A stretch of 64,000 nucleotides of DNA, from assembly GCA_977020255.1 (NCBI GenBank), contig CDROCS010001089.1, positions 496,001-560,000 of the forward strand. Reading direction: 5' to 3'. This stretch comes from Obrimoposthia wandeli (taxonomy: Eukaryota). Position numbers and translations under genes: made by a program. Under the pieces are notes generated by a model. It had not been told where the DNA came from, did no database searches, and saw only the letters and a program-made list of their open reading frames with translations. Below, in pieces: positions 49,333 through 59,153 of the stretch. Positions within the stretch are counted from its first letter, which is position 1; each line of letters opens with the position of its first letter.

Positions 49333-51561
49333 TTGAAGTGGATATTTATCTTTGTGTTGAAACGCTCACTCATCACTGTGTTACTCATCATAGGCTTGGT
49401 TTTAAGCTTAAGTACTGTCTCTGACTATTCACAGCAAAGAGCGGTGAGTGAATTACAGCAACGTACCCATGGTGATTTAAATCGCTATATTTTAACGATG
49501 CGCCAAAAATTGGCTCGTTTTCGCAATATTCCGCAGTTGTTATCAAAACATCCCGATTTAATTAGAGCGCTACGCAAACAGGCGAACTCCAATGATTTCA
49601 TCAGAGCAAACCTACATTTAGCACAAGTCAATGCCATATTAGGCACCCGCGATGCGTATTTAATGGATGCTCAAGGGGGGACAGTAGCGGCTAGTAACTG
49701 GCAGAGTTCAAAATCTTTTATCGGGCGTAATTTCAACTTTAGACCTTATTTTAAAAAAGCCATGTCTGGTGAATTAGGTCAATATTTTGCATTAGGTACT
49801 ACGTCGAAAAAAAGAGGTTTTTATTACTCTTACCCGGTTGAGCACAGAGGCGCAATACTGGGTGTTATCGTGGTAAAAATTGATCTAAATGAAATAGAAC
49901 AAGATTGGAACGAGCAAGCTATCGAACTAATTGTCAGTGATGAAGACGGCGTTATCTTTATTTCAACGCGGGAAGAGTGGAAATTTAGAACCCTTAAATC
50001 TTTACAAAGCGCTGATTTAGATAGGATACAAGCCAGTAAACGCTATGCCGGGCAAAATTTAGTCGCTTTAAACATTACTAAGCGGCTACCCAGTGATGGT
50101 AATAGCCAAATTATTACCTTACAAGAACCTAATATAGGAAAGTCAGAGCAACAGTATTTGATTCAACATGGCACAGTGGGAAGCAGTGATTTAAATGTTT
50201 CTATACTGGCAGATTTAGAAACCGCGCAGCGCCAAGTGCTCGCCAATATGTTATATGCAGGTACAGTGTATAGCGCATTGGTATTGTTGGTGATGGTGAT
50301 TATTGCCAGGCGCAGAATTGCACGACAAAAAGCGGTGTTCGAGCACCGCGAGTTACAAGCGTTAGAAATAAGTGAAGCGCGGGTGAAAGCGATTATTAAT
50401 AATACTTGGGCAGGGTTAATTACCTTAGATACGAATGGTTGCATTGAATCAATGAACGTAACAGCGCAAAAAATGTTCGTGTATACGCAACAGCAATTAC
50501 AAGGTCAGCAGTTCGTCCCCCTGTTAGCAGACATCGATAAAAAGTTGTTTTTACGGCAAATTGATCCAAATACTCGCGCAAGCGAAAGCGTATTATTAGA
50601 AGGATTATTTGAACGGGGCGATGGCAGCAGGGTACCGATTGAATTTGTGGTAGGTAAAATGCAGCAACAACAAGAATTACGATTTTTAATTACCGTGCAA
50701 GATATTACAGAACGCAAGGAATATGAAGCGCAGCTTGACCAATCAAAGCGTTTGTTAGAAAGCCGAGTGGAGCAGAGAACACAAGAGCTTACCAGTGCCA
50801 ACGAGCGATTGTTGCAAGAAGTTAAGCAGCACAGTAATACGCAAAATGAGCTGATCCAAACCGCAAAACTAGCGGTGATAGGGCAGATGTCAACGGGGAT
50901 TAATCACGAATTAAATCAGCCGCTAATGGCAATTAGAGGCTATGCAGATAACGCTAGAAAATATTTGCAGCTAGATAAAGGAAAACGTGTAGATGAGAAC
51001 TTACATGAGATTGCACAGCTCACTGAGCGCATGGCTAAAATTTTGCACCCACTTAAAGAGTTTTCCCGTAAAAGTAGCGGCTCACAGCAAGCAGTATCAC
51101 TTAAAGCATTACGTAGCGGCGTGTTGGCTATTCTCTACCCTGAGTTAGAAAAGTCTAAAATTGTGGTCGCTTGGCCGGAGGTTGAAAACGATGTTGTCAT
51201 TTCAGCAGACCTATTGCGCTTGGAACAAGTGATGGTCAATTTAATTGCTAATGCGATGCAGGCCGTGGCACTAGAAGCTCATCCGCGCATAGAAGTATCC
51301 CAGCAATTATATGTGCACAATCAACTTAAAATTTGTGTTCGAGATAACGGCCCCGGTATGAAGGAGCAAGATATCAAACACATCTTTGAACCTTTCTTTA
51401 CCACCAAAAAAGAAGGGCAAGGCTTAGGCTTGGGGCTGTCTATTTCACAGCGCATCATCGAAGATTTAGCGGGTAGTTTAAGTGCTAAAAATTATCAGTG
51501 CGAAGCGGCGGCATTTCAAGTCAGCGGCGCACAGTTCACAGTAATACTACACAGAGGTTAA
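49333..51561 (+). CDS. DctB-like sensor histidine kinase (dCache) with an extra cytoplasmic PAS domain
   Basis: FNFRPYF, GQYFALGTTSKKRGFYYSYP (DctB sensor), PAS (GLITLD...QDITERK), H-box GINHELNQPL, RDNGPG, GLGLGLSIS. Confidence 0.88.
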   Translation: MKWIFIFVLKRSLITVLLIIGLVLSLSTVSDYSQQRAVSELQQRTHGDLNRYILTMRQKLARFRNIPQLLSKHPDLIRALRKQANSNDFIRANLHLAQVNAILGTRDAYLMDAQGGTVAASNWQSSKSFIGRNFNFRPYFKKAMSGELGQYFALGTTSKKRGFYYSYPVEHRGAILGVIVVKIDLNEIEQDWNEQAIELIVSDEDGVIFISTREEWKFRTLKSLQSADLDRIQASKRYAGQNLVALNITKRLPSDGNSQIITLQEPNIGKSEQQYLIQHGTVGSSDLNVSILADLETAQRQVLANMLYAGTVYSALVLLVMVIIARRRIARQKAVFEHRELQALEISEARVKAIINNTWAGLITLDTNGCIESMNVTAQKMFVYTQQQLQGQQFVPLLADIDKKLFLRQIDPNTRASESVLLEGLFERGDGSRVPIEFVVGKMQQQQELRFLITVQDITERKEYEAQLDQSKRLLESRVEQRTQELTSANERLLQEVKQHSNTQNELIQTAKLAVIGQMSTGINHELNQPLMAIRGYADNARKYLQLDKGKRVDENLHEIAQLTERMAKILHPLKEFSRKSSGSQQAVSLKALRSGVLAILYPELEKSKIVVAWPEVENDVVISADLLRLEQVMVNLIANAMQAVALEAHPRIEVSQQLYVHNQLKICVRDNGPGMKEQDIKHIFEPFFTTKKEGQGLGLGLSISQRIIEDLAGSLSAKNYQCEAAAFQVSGAQFTVILHRG

Positions 51562-51569
51562 CAGCTACC

Positions 51570-52943
51570 ATGCAGCAGGCGAATTTAAGTAAGCTCTCCA
51601 ACAAAGTATTGCTGGTTGATGATGAAAGTGCAGTGCGTATGTCGCTTTTGCAGAGCATAGAACTGGCCGGATTTGAGGTGATTTCAAGTAGTAGTGCAGA
51701 ACACGCACTGACGCAAATTAGTGCACACTGGGAAGGGGTGATTGTCTCTGATATCAGTATGCCTTGCATGAATGGCATAGAGTTAATGGAGCAAGTGAGT
51801 AAAATCGATAGTAATATTCCGATGATTTTGATGACTGGCCACGGCGATATTTCAATGGCAGTATCAGCTATTCAGCAAGGTGCCTATGATTTTTTAGAAA
51901 AACCTTTTGCCCCAGATAAACTAGTAGATGTGATTCGTCGTGCTAGTGAAAAAAGAGCACTATCGCTAGAAAATCAAAGGCTGCGAAATGAGCTAGAAAC
52001 CCAAGCGGCACTGGGGCCTCGTATTATTGGTAATAGCCCAGAAATAGTCCAACTGCGTCGCATCATACAAAGTGTGGCAGATGCACCAACAGATATTTTA
52101 ATTGAAGCAGAAACCGGTACAGGTAAAGACTTATTAGCACGCTATATTCATGAACACAGTCAGCGGCGCGATCATAAATTTGTAGCAATTAATTGTGGAG
52201 CAGTGCCAGAGAGCTTGATTGAAAGTGAGCTATTCGGCCATGAAAAGGGCGCTTTTACGGATGCAAAATCACGGCGTATCGGTAAGTTTGAATATGCAAA
52301 TGGCGGAACTGTATTTCTCGATGAAATAGAAAGTATGCCCTTAGTGCTACAAGTAAAGTTATTGCGTGTCATTGAAGAGAGAAGTATTGAGCGCTTGGGC
52401 TCCAATGAATCTGTGCAGCTTAACTTACGTATTGTGGCGGCCACTAAAGTCGATTTAAAAGCGCTCGCCGAACAAGGGTTATTCAGAGAAGATCTTTATT
52501 ACCGCTTAAATGTCGTTAAAGTGGAGATACCACCGCTTAGGCAGCGAAAAGATGATATACCTTTGCTGTTTCAGCATTTCTCTATTATAGCCTCTACTCA
52601 ATACGGTCGTGACGTACAAGAGCTTTCTAGGGAGCACATGGGCGCATTGATGAGCCATGATTGGCCGGGAAATATTCGAGAGCTGCGCAACATTGCCGAG
52701 CGCAATGTTTTACTGGGAGAGCACTGTACCTTTGATTTTGATAACCAACTCATCACTCAAGACCCTGCTGTACTTAACTTAGCTGAGCAGGTAGGGCAAT
52801 TTGAAAAGTTACTCATTCATACTGAGCTGAGCAAATGTGGCGGTTCGATACGTGAAACCCAGGAAAGCTTGGATTTACCGCGCAAAACTTTATATGACAA
52901 AATGAAAAAATATGGCTTAGATAAGAAAGATTACAAATTATAA
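51570..52943 (+). CDS. DctD-like sigma54-dependent response regulator
   Basis: Receiver (LVDDE, SDISMP, GAYDFLEKPF), AAA+ ETGTGKD and GAFTDA, C-terminal HTH PRKTLYDKMKKYGL. Confidence 0.92.
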   Translation: MQQANLSKLSNKVLLVDDESAVRMSLLQSIELAGFEVISSSSAEHALTQISAHWEGVIVSDISMPCMNGIELMEQVSKIDSNIPMILMTGHGDISMAVSAIQQGAYDFLEKPFAPDKLVDVIRRASEKRALSLENQRLRNELETQAALGPRIIGNSPEIVQLRRIIQSVADAPTDILIEAETGTGKDLLARYIHEHSQRRDHKFVAINCGAVPESLIESELFGHEKGAFTDAKSRRIGKFEYANGGTVFLDEIESMPLVLQVKLLRVIEERSIERLGSNESVQLNLRIVAATKVDLKALAEQGLFREDLYYRLNVVKVEIPPLRQRKDDIPLLFQHFSIIASTQYGRDVQELSREHMGALMSHDWPGNIRELRNIAERNVLLGEHCTFDFDNQLITQDPAVLNLAEQVGQFEKLLIHTELSKCGGSIRETQESLDLPRKTLYDKMKKYGLDKKDYKL

Positions 52944-52967
52944 GTTAGTAGTCTAGGCTCTGTCGCT

Positions 52968-52998
52968 TATAAAGCCTCTTTCGTATAGAGGCTTTATA
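52968..52998. terminator. Hairpin between convergent dctD-like and ABC-F genes (bidirectional terminator)
   Basis: TATAAAGCCTCT-TTCGTAT-AGAGGCTTTATA, a perfect 12-bp stem. Confidence 0.65.
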
Positions 52999-53032
52999 CA
53001 ACGAGCAAAGGATAATCACATTAGCAAAACAT

Positions 53033-54940
53033 TTATTGGTTTGATTCTATAACTTCTAGCTCTTCAAGTTTTTCCATCCATTCTTCTTCAGCATTTTCTA
53101 ACTGCGATTTTTTTGCAGCTTGCTCAGTTAACACTTGTTTGAGCTTAGTTTTATTTTCGCCACTGTATATGTCCGCATCAGCGAGCGTTTCTTCAAAATC
53201 ATGTAGATGTGTTTGCAGTTCGTCAATACTCTTTTCTAATGATGCTATACGGTTTTTTAATGGACGAAGAAGAGAGCGCTGCTCTGCCGCTAAGCGTTTT
53301 TGATCTTTCTTTTGATCAGCACTTAAAGAAGTGCTTTGGCGGCTGACCATTTTTGAGGGGGCTAAGTCGCGGCGCTGTTGAGTTAGCCATTGTTGGTAAT
53401 CGTTCAAATCACCTTTAAATTCAACGACTTTACCATTGGCAACTAATAGAAACTCATCCACGGTATTGCGTAGCAAGTGGCGATCGTGAGATACCAAGAT
53501 AACCGCACCTTCAAATACTTGCATTGCCATGGTTAAAGCGTGACGTACTTCTAAATCCAAATGGTTGGTCGGCTCATCTAATAACAATAAGTTCGGTTTT
53601 TGCCAAGCAATTAATGCTAGCGCCACGCGCGCTTTTTCGCCGCCTGAAAATTGCTTAACAGGATTAAAGGCATCATCGCCGAAAAAGCCAAAGGAGCCTA
53701 GGTAGCTACGTACCTGTTGCTCGGTGGCTTTTGGAGAGATACGCGTGATATGGGTAATAGGTGAAGCTTGTAAATCTAATGCTTCTAACTGATGCTGTGA
53801 AAAATAACCAATTTTAAGGTGTTCACCAGTGTTACGCTCGCCACTCAGTTTTTCTAAATCGCCCACTAAGGTTTTAATTAATGTTGATTTACCCGCACCG
53901 TTTGGCCCTAATAAACCGATTCTTGAACCGGGAGCGAGCACGATAGAAACCTGCTTTAAAATAGGTGTCCCTTGATAGCCACAATCAGCTAAGCGCAATG
54001 ATAATAGTGGGTTAGATACTTTTTCGCTACACGCAAAGTTAAAAGTAAAGGGGCTATCTACATGCGCTGCTGATATAACATCCATGCGCTCTAGCTCTTT
54101 GACACGACTTTGCGCTTGTTTGGCTTTAGAAGCTTTGGCTTTAAAGCGGCGTACAAATTGTTCAATTTCAGCGATGCGCTGCTGCTGTTTATCAAACTGT
54201 ACTTGCTGTTGCGCCAGGCGTTCTGCTTTGGCGCGTTCAAAAGCGCTATATTGACCTTTATAAATATCTAACTTGGCATTGTGCATATGCACAATGTGAT
54301 CAACGACTTGATCTAAGAAATCTCTATCATGAGAGATTAGTAATAATGTGCCTTGATAATTTTTTAACCAAGTTTCTAACCACATCGTGGCATCTAAATC
54401 TAAGTGGTTGGTTGGTTCATCTAAAAGTAGTACATCAGATCGACACATCAGCGCCTTAGCCAAATTTAAACGAATACGCCAGCCACCGGATAAATCATTG
54501 ATATCGCGCTTTGCATCATCTGTGGCAAAGCCTAAACCGTTAAGTAGCTGCTGAGCGCGAGACTCTGCGGTATAGCCGTCTAGATTATCTAGCAGTGCGT
54601 GTAATTCACCAATACGCTCAGGTTGGTGCTCGCTTTCTGCAATCGCCAAATCTGCTTGCACTTTGCGCAGTGCCACATCACCATCTAACACATAATCTAA
54701 AACGCAGCGGTTTTCAGCGTGCACTTCTTGCGCCATATGTGCGATGGTTTGGTTTCCCGAAAATTTTAGCTCACCGGCATCAAGTTGCAGCTCGCCTAAT
54801 AGCAACTTAAACAAGCTGGATTTTCCGACGCCGTTGGCGCCAATAATGCCTACTTTCCAACCAGAGTGTAAAGTAAGGTCAGCAAGATTTAACAGTTGCT
54901 GTGGACCGCGAAGTAAACTAAGTTCTAATAATTGAATCAT
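53033..54940 (-). CDS. yheS: ABC-F family ATPase (YheS-like)
   Basis: Two ABC domains (GANGVGKS, LSGGWRIRL, LDEPTNHLD; GPNGAGKS, FSGGEKAR), no TMs, C-terminal coiled coil. Start placed at ATG 54940. Confidence 0.9.
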   Translation of the reverse strand: MIQLLELSLLRGPQQLLNLADLTLHSGWKVGIIGANGVGKSSLFKLLLGELQLDAGELKFSGNQTIAHMAQEVHAENRCVLDYVLDGDVALRKVQADLAIAESEHQPERIGELHALLDNLDGYTAESRAQQLLNGLGFATDDAKRDINDLSGGWRIRLNLAKALMCRSDVLLLDEPTNHLDLDATMWLETWLKNYQGTLLLISHDRDFLDQVVDHIVHMHNAKLDIYKGQYSAFERAKAERLAQQQVQFDKQQQRIAEIEQFVRRFKAKASKAKQAQSRVKELERMDVISAAHVDSPFTFNFACSEKVSNPLLSLRLADCGYQGTPILKQVSIVLAPGSRIGLLGPNGAGKSTLIKTLVGDLEKLSGERNTGEHLKIGYFSQHQLEALDLQASPITHITRISPKATEQQVRSYLGSFGFFGDDAFNPVKQFSGGEKARVALALIAWQKPNLLLLDEPTNHLDLEVRHALTMAMQVFEGAVILVSHDRHLLRNTVDEFLLVANGKVVEFKGDLNDYQQWLTQQRRDLAPSKMVSRQSTSLSADQKKDQKRLAAEQRSLLRPLKNRIASLEKSIDELQTHLHDFEETLADADIYSGENKTKLKQVLTEQAAKKSQLENAEEEWMEKLEELEVIESNQ

Positions 54941-55085
54941 AAAAGGCCGGCGAGTAATTTTGTCAGGAATCAAAGCGGGCGATTTTAACACAGTGGGCTA
55001 TTTTTGCATGTAGATTGTGAGTACCGTGTACGAACAGTTACTAATGCATAGGCAATCATAAATCGACATTAAGGAATAAAAAGCA

Positions 55086-55655
55086 TTGAAAACTAAGATA
55101 GAGGACAAAATGCTTGATGATAATGCACTGTGGAGGTTCGCGACTGATTTCTACAAAGTACCAGGTATGGCTACACAACTGCTCGAGCTACAAAATCAAT
55201 ACGCTTTAAATATTAATCAGCTTATTTTCGCGATTTGGTTAGCCACACAAAACCAGCAATTGATGAGTTTACCTAAAGTAGCCACTGAATCAGAAGAATG
55301 GCGCAGCGATATAGTCATACCTCTGCGCAGCTTACGTTTTAACATCAAGCAAAAGGTGAGCAGTGTCGATGAAGGTGCAGCTAAATCGAATACAGAAACT
55401 AGCCACTTACTTGAAGCATGTTATCAGCAATTACTTAAAGCAGAATTAGCGGCTGAAAAAGTAGAACTGAGCTATTTATTTCATCAACGTAGTGAGTTTT
55501 CTCAGCTCGAGACTGAATATCAGCTAAGAAGCAGTGCAAAACTAGTGTCTGAAAATTTAAACGTTTGCTGGGGGCTCCGCTTAGTGAACAATAGTGAATT
55601 CAGGGAGCAAGCAAATACCTTCATTGAAGCTGTCATTATTAGCAAATTCTTTTAA
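55086..55655 (+). CDS. TIGR02444/DUF2390 family protein
   Basis: LWRFATDFY, LLELQNQYALNINQL, WRSDIVIPLRSLR, LKAELAAE; conserved neighbour of yheS. Confidence 0.8.
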   Translation: MKTKIEDKMLDDNALWRFATDFYKVPGMATQLLELQNQYALNINQLIFAIWLATQNQQLMSLPKVATESEEWRSDIVIPLRSLRFNIKQKVSSVDEGAAKSNTETSHLLEACYQQLLKAELAAEKVELSYLFHQRSEFSQLETEYQLRSSAKLVSENLNVCWGLRLVNNSEFREQANTFIEAVIISKFF

Positions 55656-55806
55656 ATCAGCGAGATATAAGATAAAAACAAATGCATTGCCTACCGCTAT
55701 TTATAATAGCAATACACAGAACTTTCCTGTTTAATGTTGTCACATCAGTAACAACTTTCTCAGTCGTTCTATACGATACCAAATATTTAAGGATTAAGGA
55801 TAAAAA

Positions 55807-56541
55807 ATGAAAAGAACAATACTAGCGATAGCCATGACTGCAGTGTTTGGTGCATCTTCAGCGTTTGCCGTAACTTTAGACAGTGAAGAGCAAAAACTGA
55901 GTTATAGTTTTGGCGCAATGATGGCAAAACAAATGCAACCTAGTTTTGCTAAATTAGATGTTGAAGCTTTTAGTGCTGCAATCAAAGATATCTACACGGG
56001 TGCAGACTCACAGCTAAGTGAGGAAGTAATTGAAGCATCATTGAAGAAATTTCAAGATGCGCAAGTTGCTATTCAAAAAGCGGCAGCAGAAGAAGCAGCG
56101 GCACTCGCTAAAATTGCGGCAGAGAAGTCGGCTGCAGATAATCAAGAAAAAGGTAGCAAATACCTAGCTGAAAATGCAAAGCGTGATGGCGTAACAACCA
56201 CAAAAAGTGGCTTACAAATAGAAATCACTACCCCTGGTAAAGGTGCAATGCCAACTGCAGAAGATACTGTCATCGTGCACTATACAGGCTCTTCAATTGA
56301 CGGTACTGTTTTCGATAGTTCAGTGAAGCGTGGCAAACCAGCTACTTTCCCGCTAAAAGGCGTGATACCAGGTTGGACAGAAGGTTTACAATTGATCAAA
56401 GAAGGTGGCAAAGCTAAGTTGTATATCCCATCAGAATTAGCATATGGCTTACAAGGCGCTGGTGGGTCTATCGGGCCTGGCGAAACATTAATCTTTGATG
56501 TTGAACTCATTGAGATTGTGAAAAAAGAAGCAGCTAAGTAA
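55807..56541 (+). CDS. FKBP-type peptidyl-prolyl cis-trans isomerase (FkpA/Mip type)
   Basis: Signal peptide, KLSYSFG, VHYTGSSIDGTVFDSS, VIPGWTEGLQL, LYIPSELAYG, LIFDVEL. Confidence 0.95.
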   Translation: MKRTILAIAMTAVFGASSAFAVTLDSEEQKLSYSFGAMMAKQMQPSFAKLDVEAFSAAIKDIYTGADSQLSEEVIEASLKKFQDAQVAIQKAAAEEAAALAKIAAEKSAADNQEKGSKYLAENAKRDGVTTTKSGLQIEITTPGKGAMPTAEDTVIVHYTGSSIDGTVFDSSVKRGKPATFPLKGVIPGWTEGLQLIKEGGKAKLYIPSELAYGLQGAGGSIGPGETLIFDVELIEIVKKEAAK

Positions 56542-56556
56542 TCGTAAAAAAGCATC

Positions 56557-56594
56557 AAAAAAAGGATGATACTCATAGAGATCATCCTTTTTTT
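56557..56594. terminator. Bidirectional intrinsic terminator after the FKBP gene
   Basis: A7-GGATGAT-10 nt-ATCATCC-T7. Confidence 0.8.
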
Positions 56595-56605
56595 ATATCT
56601 TAAAT

Positions 56606-56757
56606 CATTGCTGTCCGGTTAAAAAGTGTAAGCCCTCTAACTCGTTGATTTGTGGTTTTCTGGCATAGTAAAGTGGGTTTTTCCAGCCGAAATACACTTG
56701 TCGTTAACGTAAAATCAACGAGTTAAAGAACAACAAAAATTAAACCGGACACTAATG
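56606..56757. mobile_element. MITE family A, copy 3 (152 bp, inverted, 9-bp TSD ATCTTAAAT)
   Basis: Ends are CATTGCTGTCCGG / CCGGACACTAATG, with identical 9-mers at 56597-56605 and 56758-56766. Confidence 0.93.
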
Positions 56758-56769
56758 ATCTTAAATTGT

Positions 56770-57750
56770 TTATTTAAATTCGTTCAGCACACCGTTACTG
56801 CCTAATGCGAGGTAATCGCCAGAATCCGCAAAGGCAACCGCTATTACACTCACACTATTAGGGCCATATAGATCTTTTTTGTGTGCTTGCCAGTCTCTGA
56901 GCATTTCACCATCTTGAATGTCCCATAATTGTACAGAACCAGAAGAAGAGCCGGTCAATAACTCAGTACCATCGTTGGAAAATCGCGAGCTTAGGTAACT
57001 AATTCGCTTTTGCGTAAATGACTCGTCACCGCTGATGTATGAGATGATTTCGCCACTGGCAACATCCCAAACTACACCTTTATCTAAGCTGCTGGCACTA
57101 AATACGGTTTTGCCGTCATCGCTGATCGCTACAGTATCGACAATATTTTCCAACGTTAGCTTGTGCAACAGCTTGCCGCTTTCAACGTCCCAAATACTCG
57201 TGGTGAAATCGTCGGCACCGGTGATGGCCGTTTTACCGTCACGGCTTAAAGCCACTGAGCGCACTCTGCCACCGTGGCGCAAAGTACGTTTGATACCGCC
57301 GTTGACGATATCAAAAAATACTGCAGTGTGGTTGGCTAAACCTAGCAGTGCAAAACGTCCTTTGGGCGCGAGTGCGATGGCGAGTATCTCGCCAGGGGAG
57401 CTCCAAAACCATTCAGGCTTACCGGTTTTAGTATGCCACAACACCAAATCTTGCTGATTAGCTGTGACGGCGAATTCGTTCTCGGGGGAAAAAGCAGTTT
57501 TGGCAATTAAAGAGCGGGTATTTTTTTGATGATTCCACTCATACAGTCGCTCTTGAGAATCTATTTCCCACAAACTGCCGCCTTCCTCTTGGGCACCTAT
57601 CACAGCATAGCGCCCGTCTTTAGAAATAGCTGCGCTGTAAAGACCCAAAGTTGCATAGTTTTGCCAATCAAAAGGAGCTTCACCGGAGCTACAAGCTGTT
57701 AATAAAACGCTAACGATAGAGATAACACCGAATTTAGGCAGCAGTCGCAT
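56770..57750 (-). CDS. WD40-repeat beta-propeller lipoprotein
   Basis: Lipobox LLTA-C and repeated motifs GSLWEID, LVLWHT, LRHGGRVRSVALSRDG...SIWDV, GVVWDV, VQLWDI. Confidence 0.85.
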   Translation of the reverse strand: MRLLPKFGVISIVSVLLTACSSGEAPFDWQNYATLGLYSAAISKDGRYAVIGAQEEGGSLWEIDSQERLYEWNHQKNTRSLIAKTAFSPENEFAVTANQQDLVLWHTKTGKPEWFWSSPGEILAIALAPKGRFALLGLANHTAVFFDIVNGGIKRTLRHGGRVRSVALSRDGKTAITGADDFTTSIWDVESGKLLHKLTLENIVDTVAISDDGKTVFSASSLDKGVVWDVASGEIISYISGDESFTQKRISYLSSRFSNDGTELLTGSSSGSVQLWDIQDGEMLRDWQAHKKDLYGPNSVSVIAVAFADSGDYLALGSNGVLNEFK

Positions 57751-57755
57751 AGTAA

Positions 57756-58232
57756 TTACTTTGCCATTTTTTCATTGTGAGTTAAGTGTAAAAGCTCAAT
57801 CATCTTATCTTCTAGCGAGAAACGACTTTCTAGTGCTTCGCCTAAAGATGATAATTGCTCGGCAAATTCACGAATTTCTTGTACGCTTGGATCTCGCATA
57901 GAAGAAAACTTATCGTTGAAATCTAAAGCTTGATCTGTGGTTGGCTGAATCAGTGGAAACAGTTGCTGAGCTTCTTCTAATGATCCATCGTCAAACTCAC
58001 TTCCCTCGCGAAGCAATTGCTCGTAAACCTCAAAGTGTCCAGAGGATAAATAATCCATTAATAGATCACAGAACATGCTTAAACGCTCGTTCAAGCCATG
58101 AGCTATACTCTGCGCAGGTAGGGCCACAAAATGAGAGATAAGGACTTGGCGACCTTCTAACCAGGAATCGATGATATCGCTAACGCCGCCCCATCTATCC
58201 TGTGCCCCTTGACATTTTTCTAACATATTCAA
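57756..58232 (-). CDS. rsd: Regulator of sigma D / anti-sigma70 (Rsd/AlgQ)
   Basis: RWGGVSDIIDSWLEGRQ, FCDLLMDYLSSGHFEVYEQL, LDFNDK, LGEALESRFSLED. Confidence 0.94.
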   Translation of the reverse strand: MNMLEKCQGAQDRWGGVSDIIDSWLEGRQVLISHFVALPAQSIAHGLNERLSMFCDLLMDYLSSGHFEVYEQLLREGSEFDDGSLEEAQQLFPLIQPTTDQALDFNDKFSSMRDPSVQEIREFAEQLSSLGEALESRFSLEDKMIELLHLTHNEKMAK

Positions 58233-58505
58233 TTTCCTTTGCTTACAAGTGCATGTTCCCTTATATTAATCCTAAGCCTATCAGAGGCGCAAGAAGATTA
58301 GCGAAAAGCACCACGAGATATTAATTATATTAAGTATTGTTAGGTTATTGTTAGGCGCAAGCTATTTTTAGCGCTAAAATCTGCTGAGTCTTTTGTGACA
58401 AATGTAAAAAGATCAATCAACAATATTGAATTTACGCCCAATTATTCTTAAGTTAGAGCGCTAGCTGAAACTTGAGAGAGAATTAGGGGGTAAAAGAGAC
58501 TAAAA

Positions 58506-58952
58506 ATGGAAGCAAAAGTAATGACTAAACAAAAAAATGTTGTAACAGCAGTGTTCTTGAAAACGTTTTTTATATTGTTAATGAGTACCTGGGTTTCCTT
58601 TGTAGTGGCCGCTGATGAAGACGATTCCAATTATACAGGCTATGTGGAATTAAAGGCTTTTGTTGCCAATTATGGTGGAACCGAAGAGTTACACTTTGTT
58701 AAGTGCGAAATTACTATTCAAGTAGGCTCGCATGCTACCGAACAAGCTGTTAATAGCCATATTTCAGGCATTCGCAACGATATTTTGTTTTTGCTGATGG
58801 CTCAAAGTCAACAATCTATGAATTCAGTAACCGCACAAAACGTATTGGCGAAAAAAGCCATTATGTTAGTGAAGCAGCGCTTAATAGAAGAAGAGGGTGA
58901 GGATGTCATCGATATAGATGATTTGTTTTTCGTAAGTTTCGTAGCACAATAA
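58506..58952 (+). CDS. FliL-like protein (orphan)
   Basis: N-terminal TM/signal, YVELKAFVANY, IRNDILFLL, DDLFFVSFVAQ C-terminus. Confidence 0.75.
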   Translation: MEAKVMTKQKNVVTAVFLKTFFILLMSTWVSFVVAADEDDSNYTGYVELKAFVANYGGTEELHFVKCEITIQVGSHATEQAVNSHISGIRNDILFLLMAQSQQSMNSVTAQNVLAKKAIMLVKQRLIEEEGEDVIDIDDLFFVSFVAQ

Positions 58953-58964
58953 TTTATTTAACTA

Positions 58965-59123
58965 GTGCCCATCCAGAAACGACTGTCTACTGCGAACGCC
59001 TCACTAACTCAATCTACGTACTACTAGACCTAGTTGTTTGGAATAACCAAACGCCCATATCTAGTAGTACGTATCTTGAATCATTGAGACGCTCTCGCGA
59101 CGACCCCGTTTCAGGATGAGCAC
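58965..59123. mobile_element. TA-flanked palindromic MITE/ERIC-like element (family B, 159 bp)
   Basis: TA|GTGCCCATCCAGAAACG ... CGTTTCAGGATGAGCAC|TA; inner perfect 14-bp IR TACGTACTACTAGA (59015-59028) / TCTAGTAGTACGTA (59060-59073). Confidence 0.7.
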
Positions 59124-59153
59124 TAACTAACGCATTCTTTTCGTCGTTTACAA

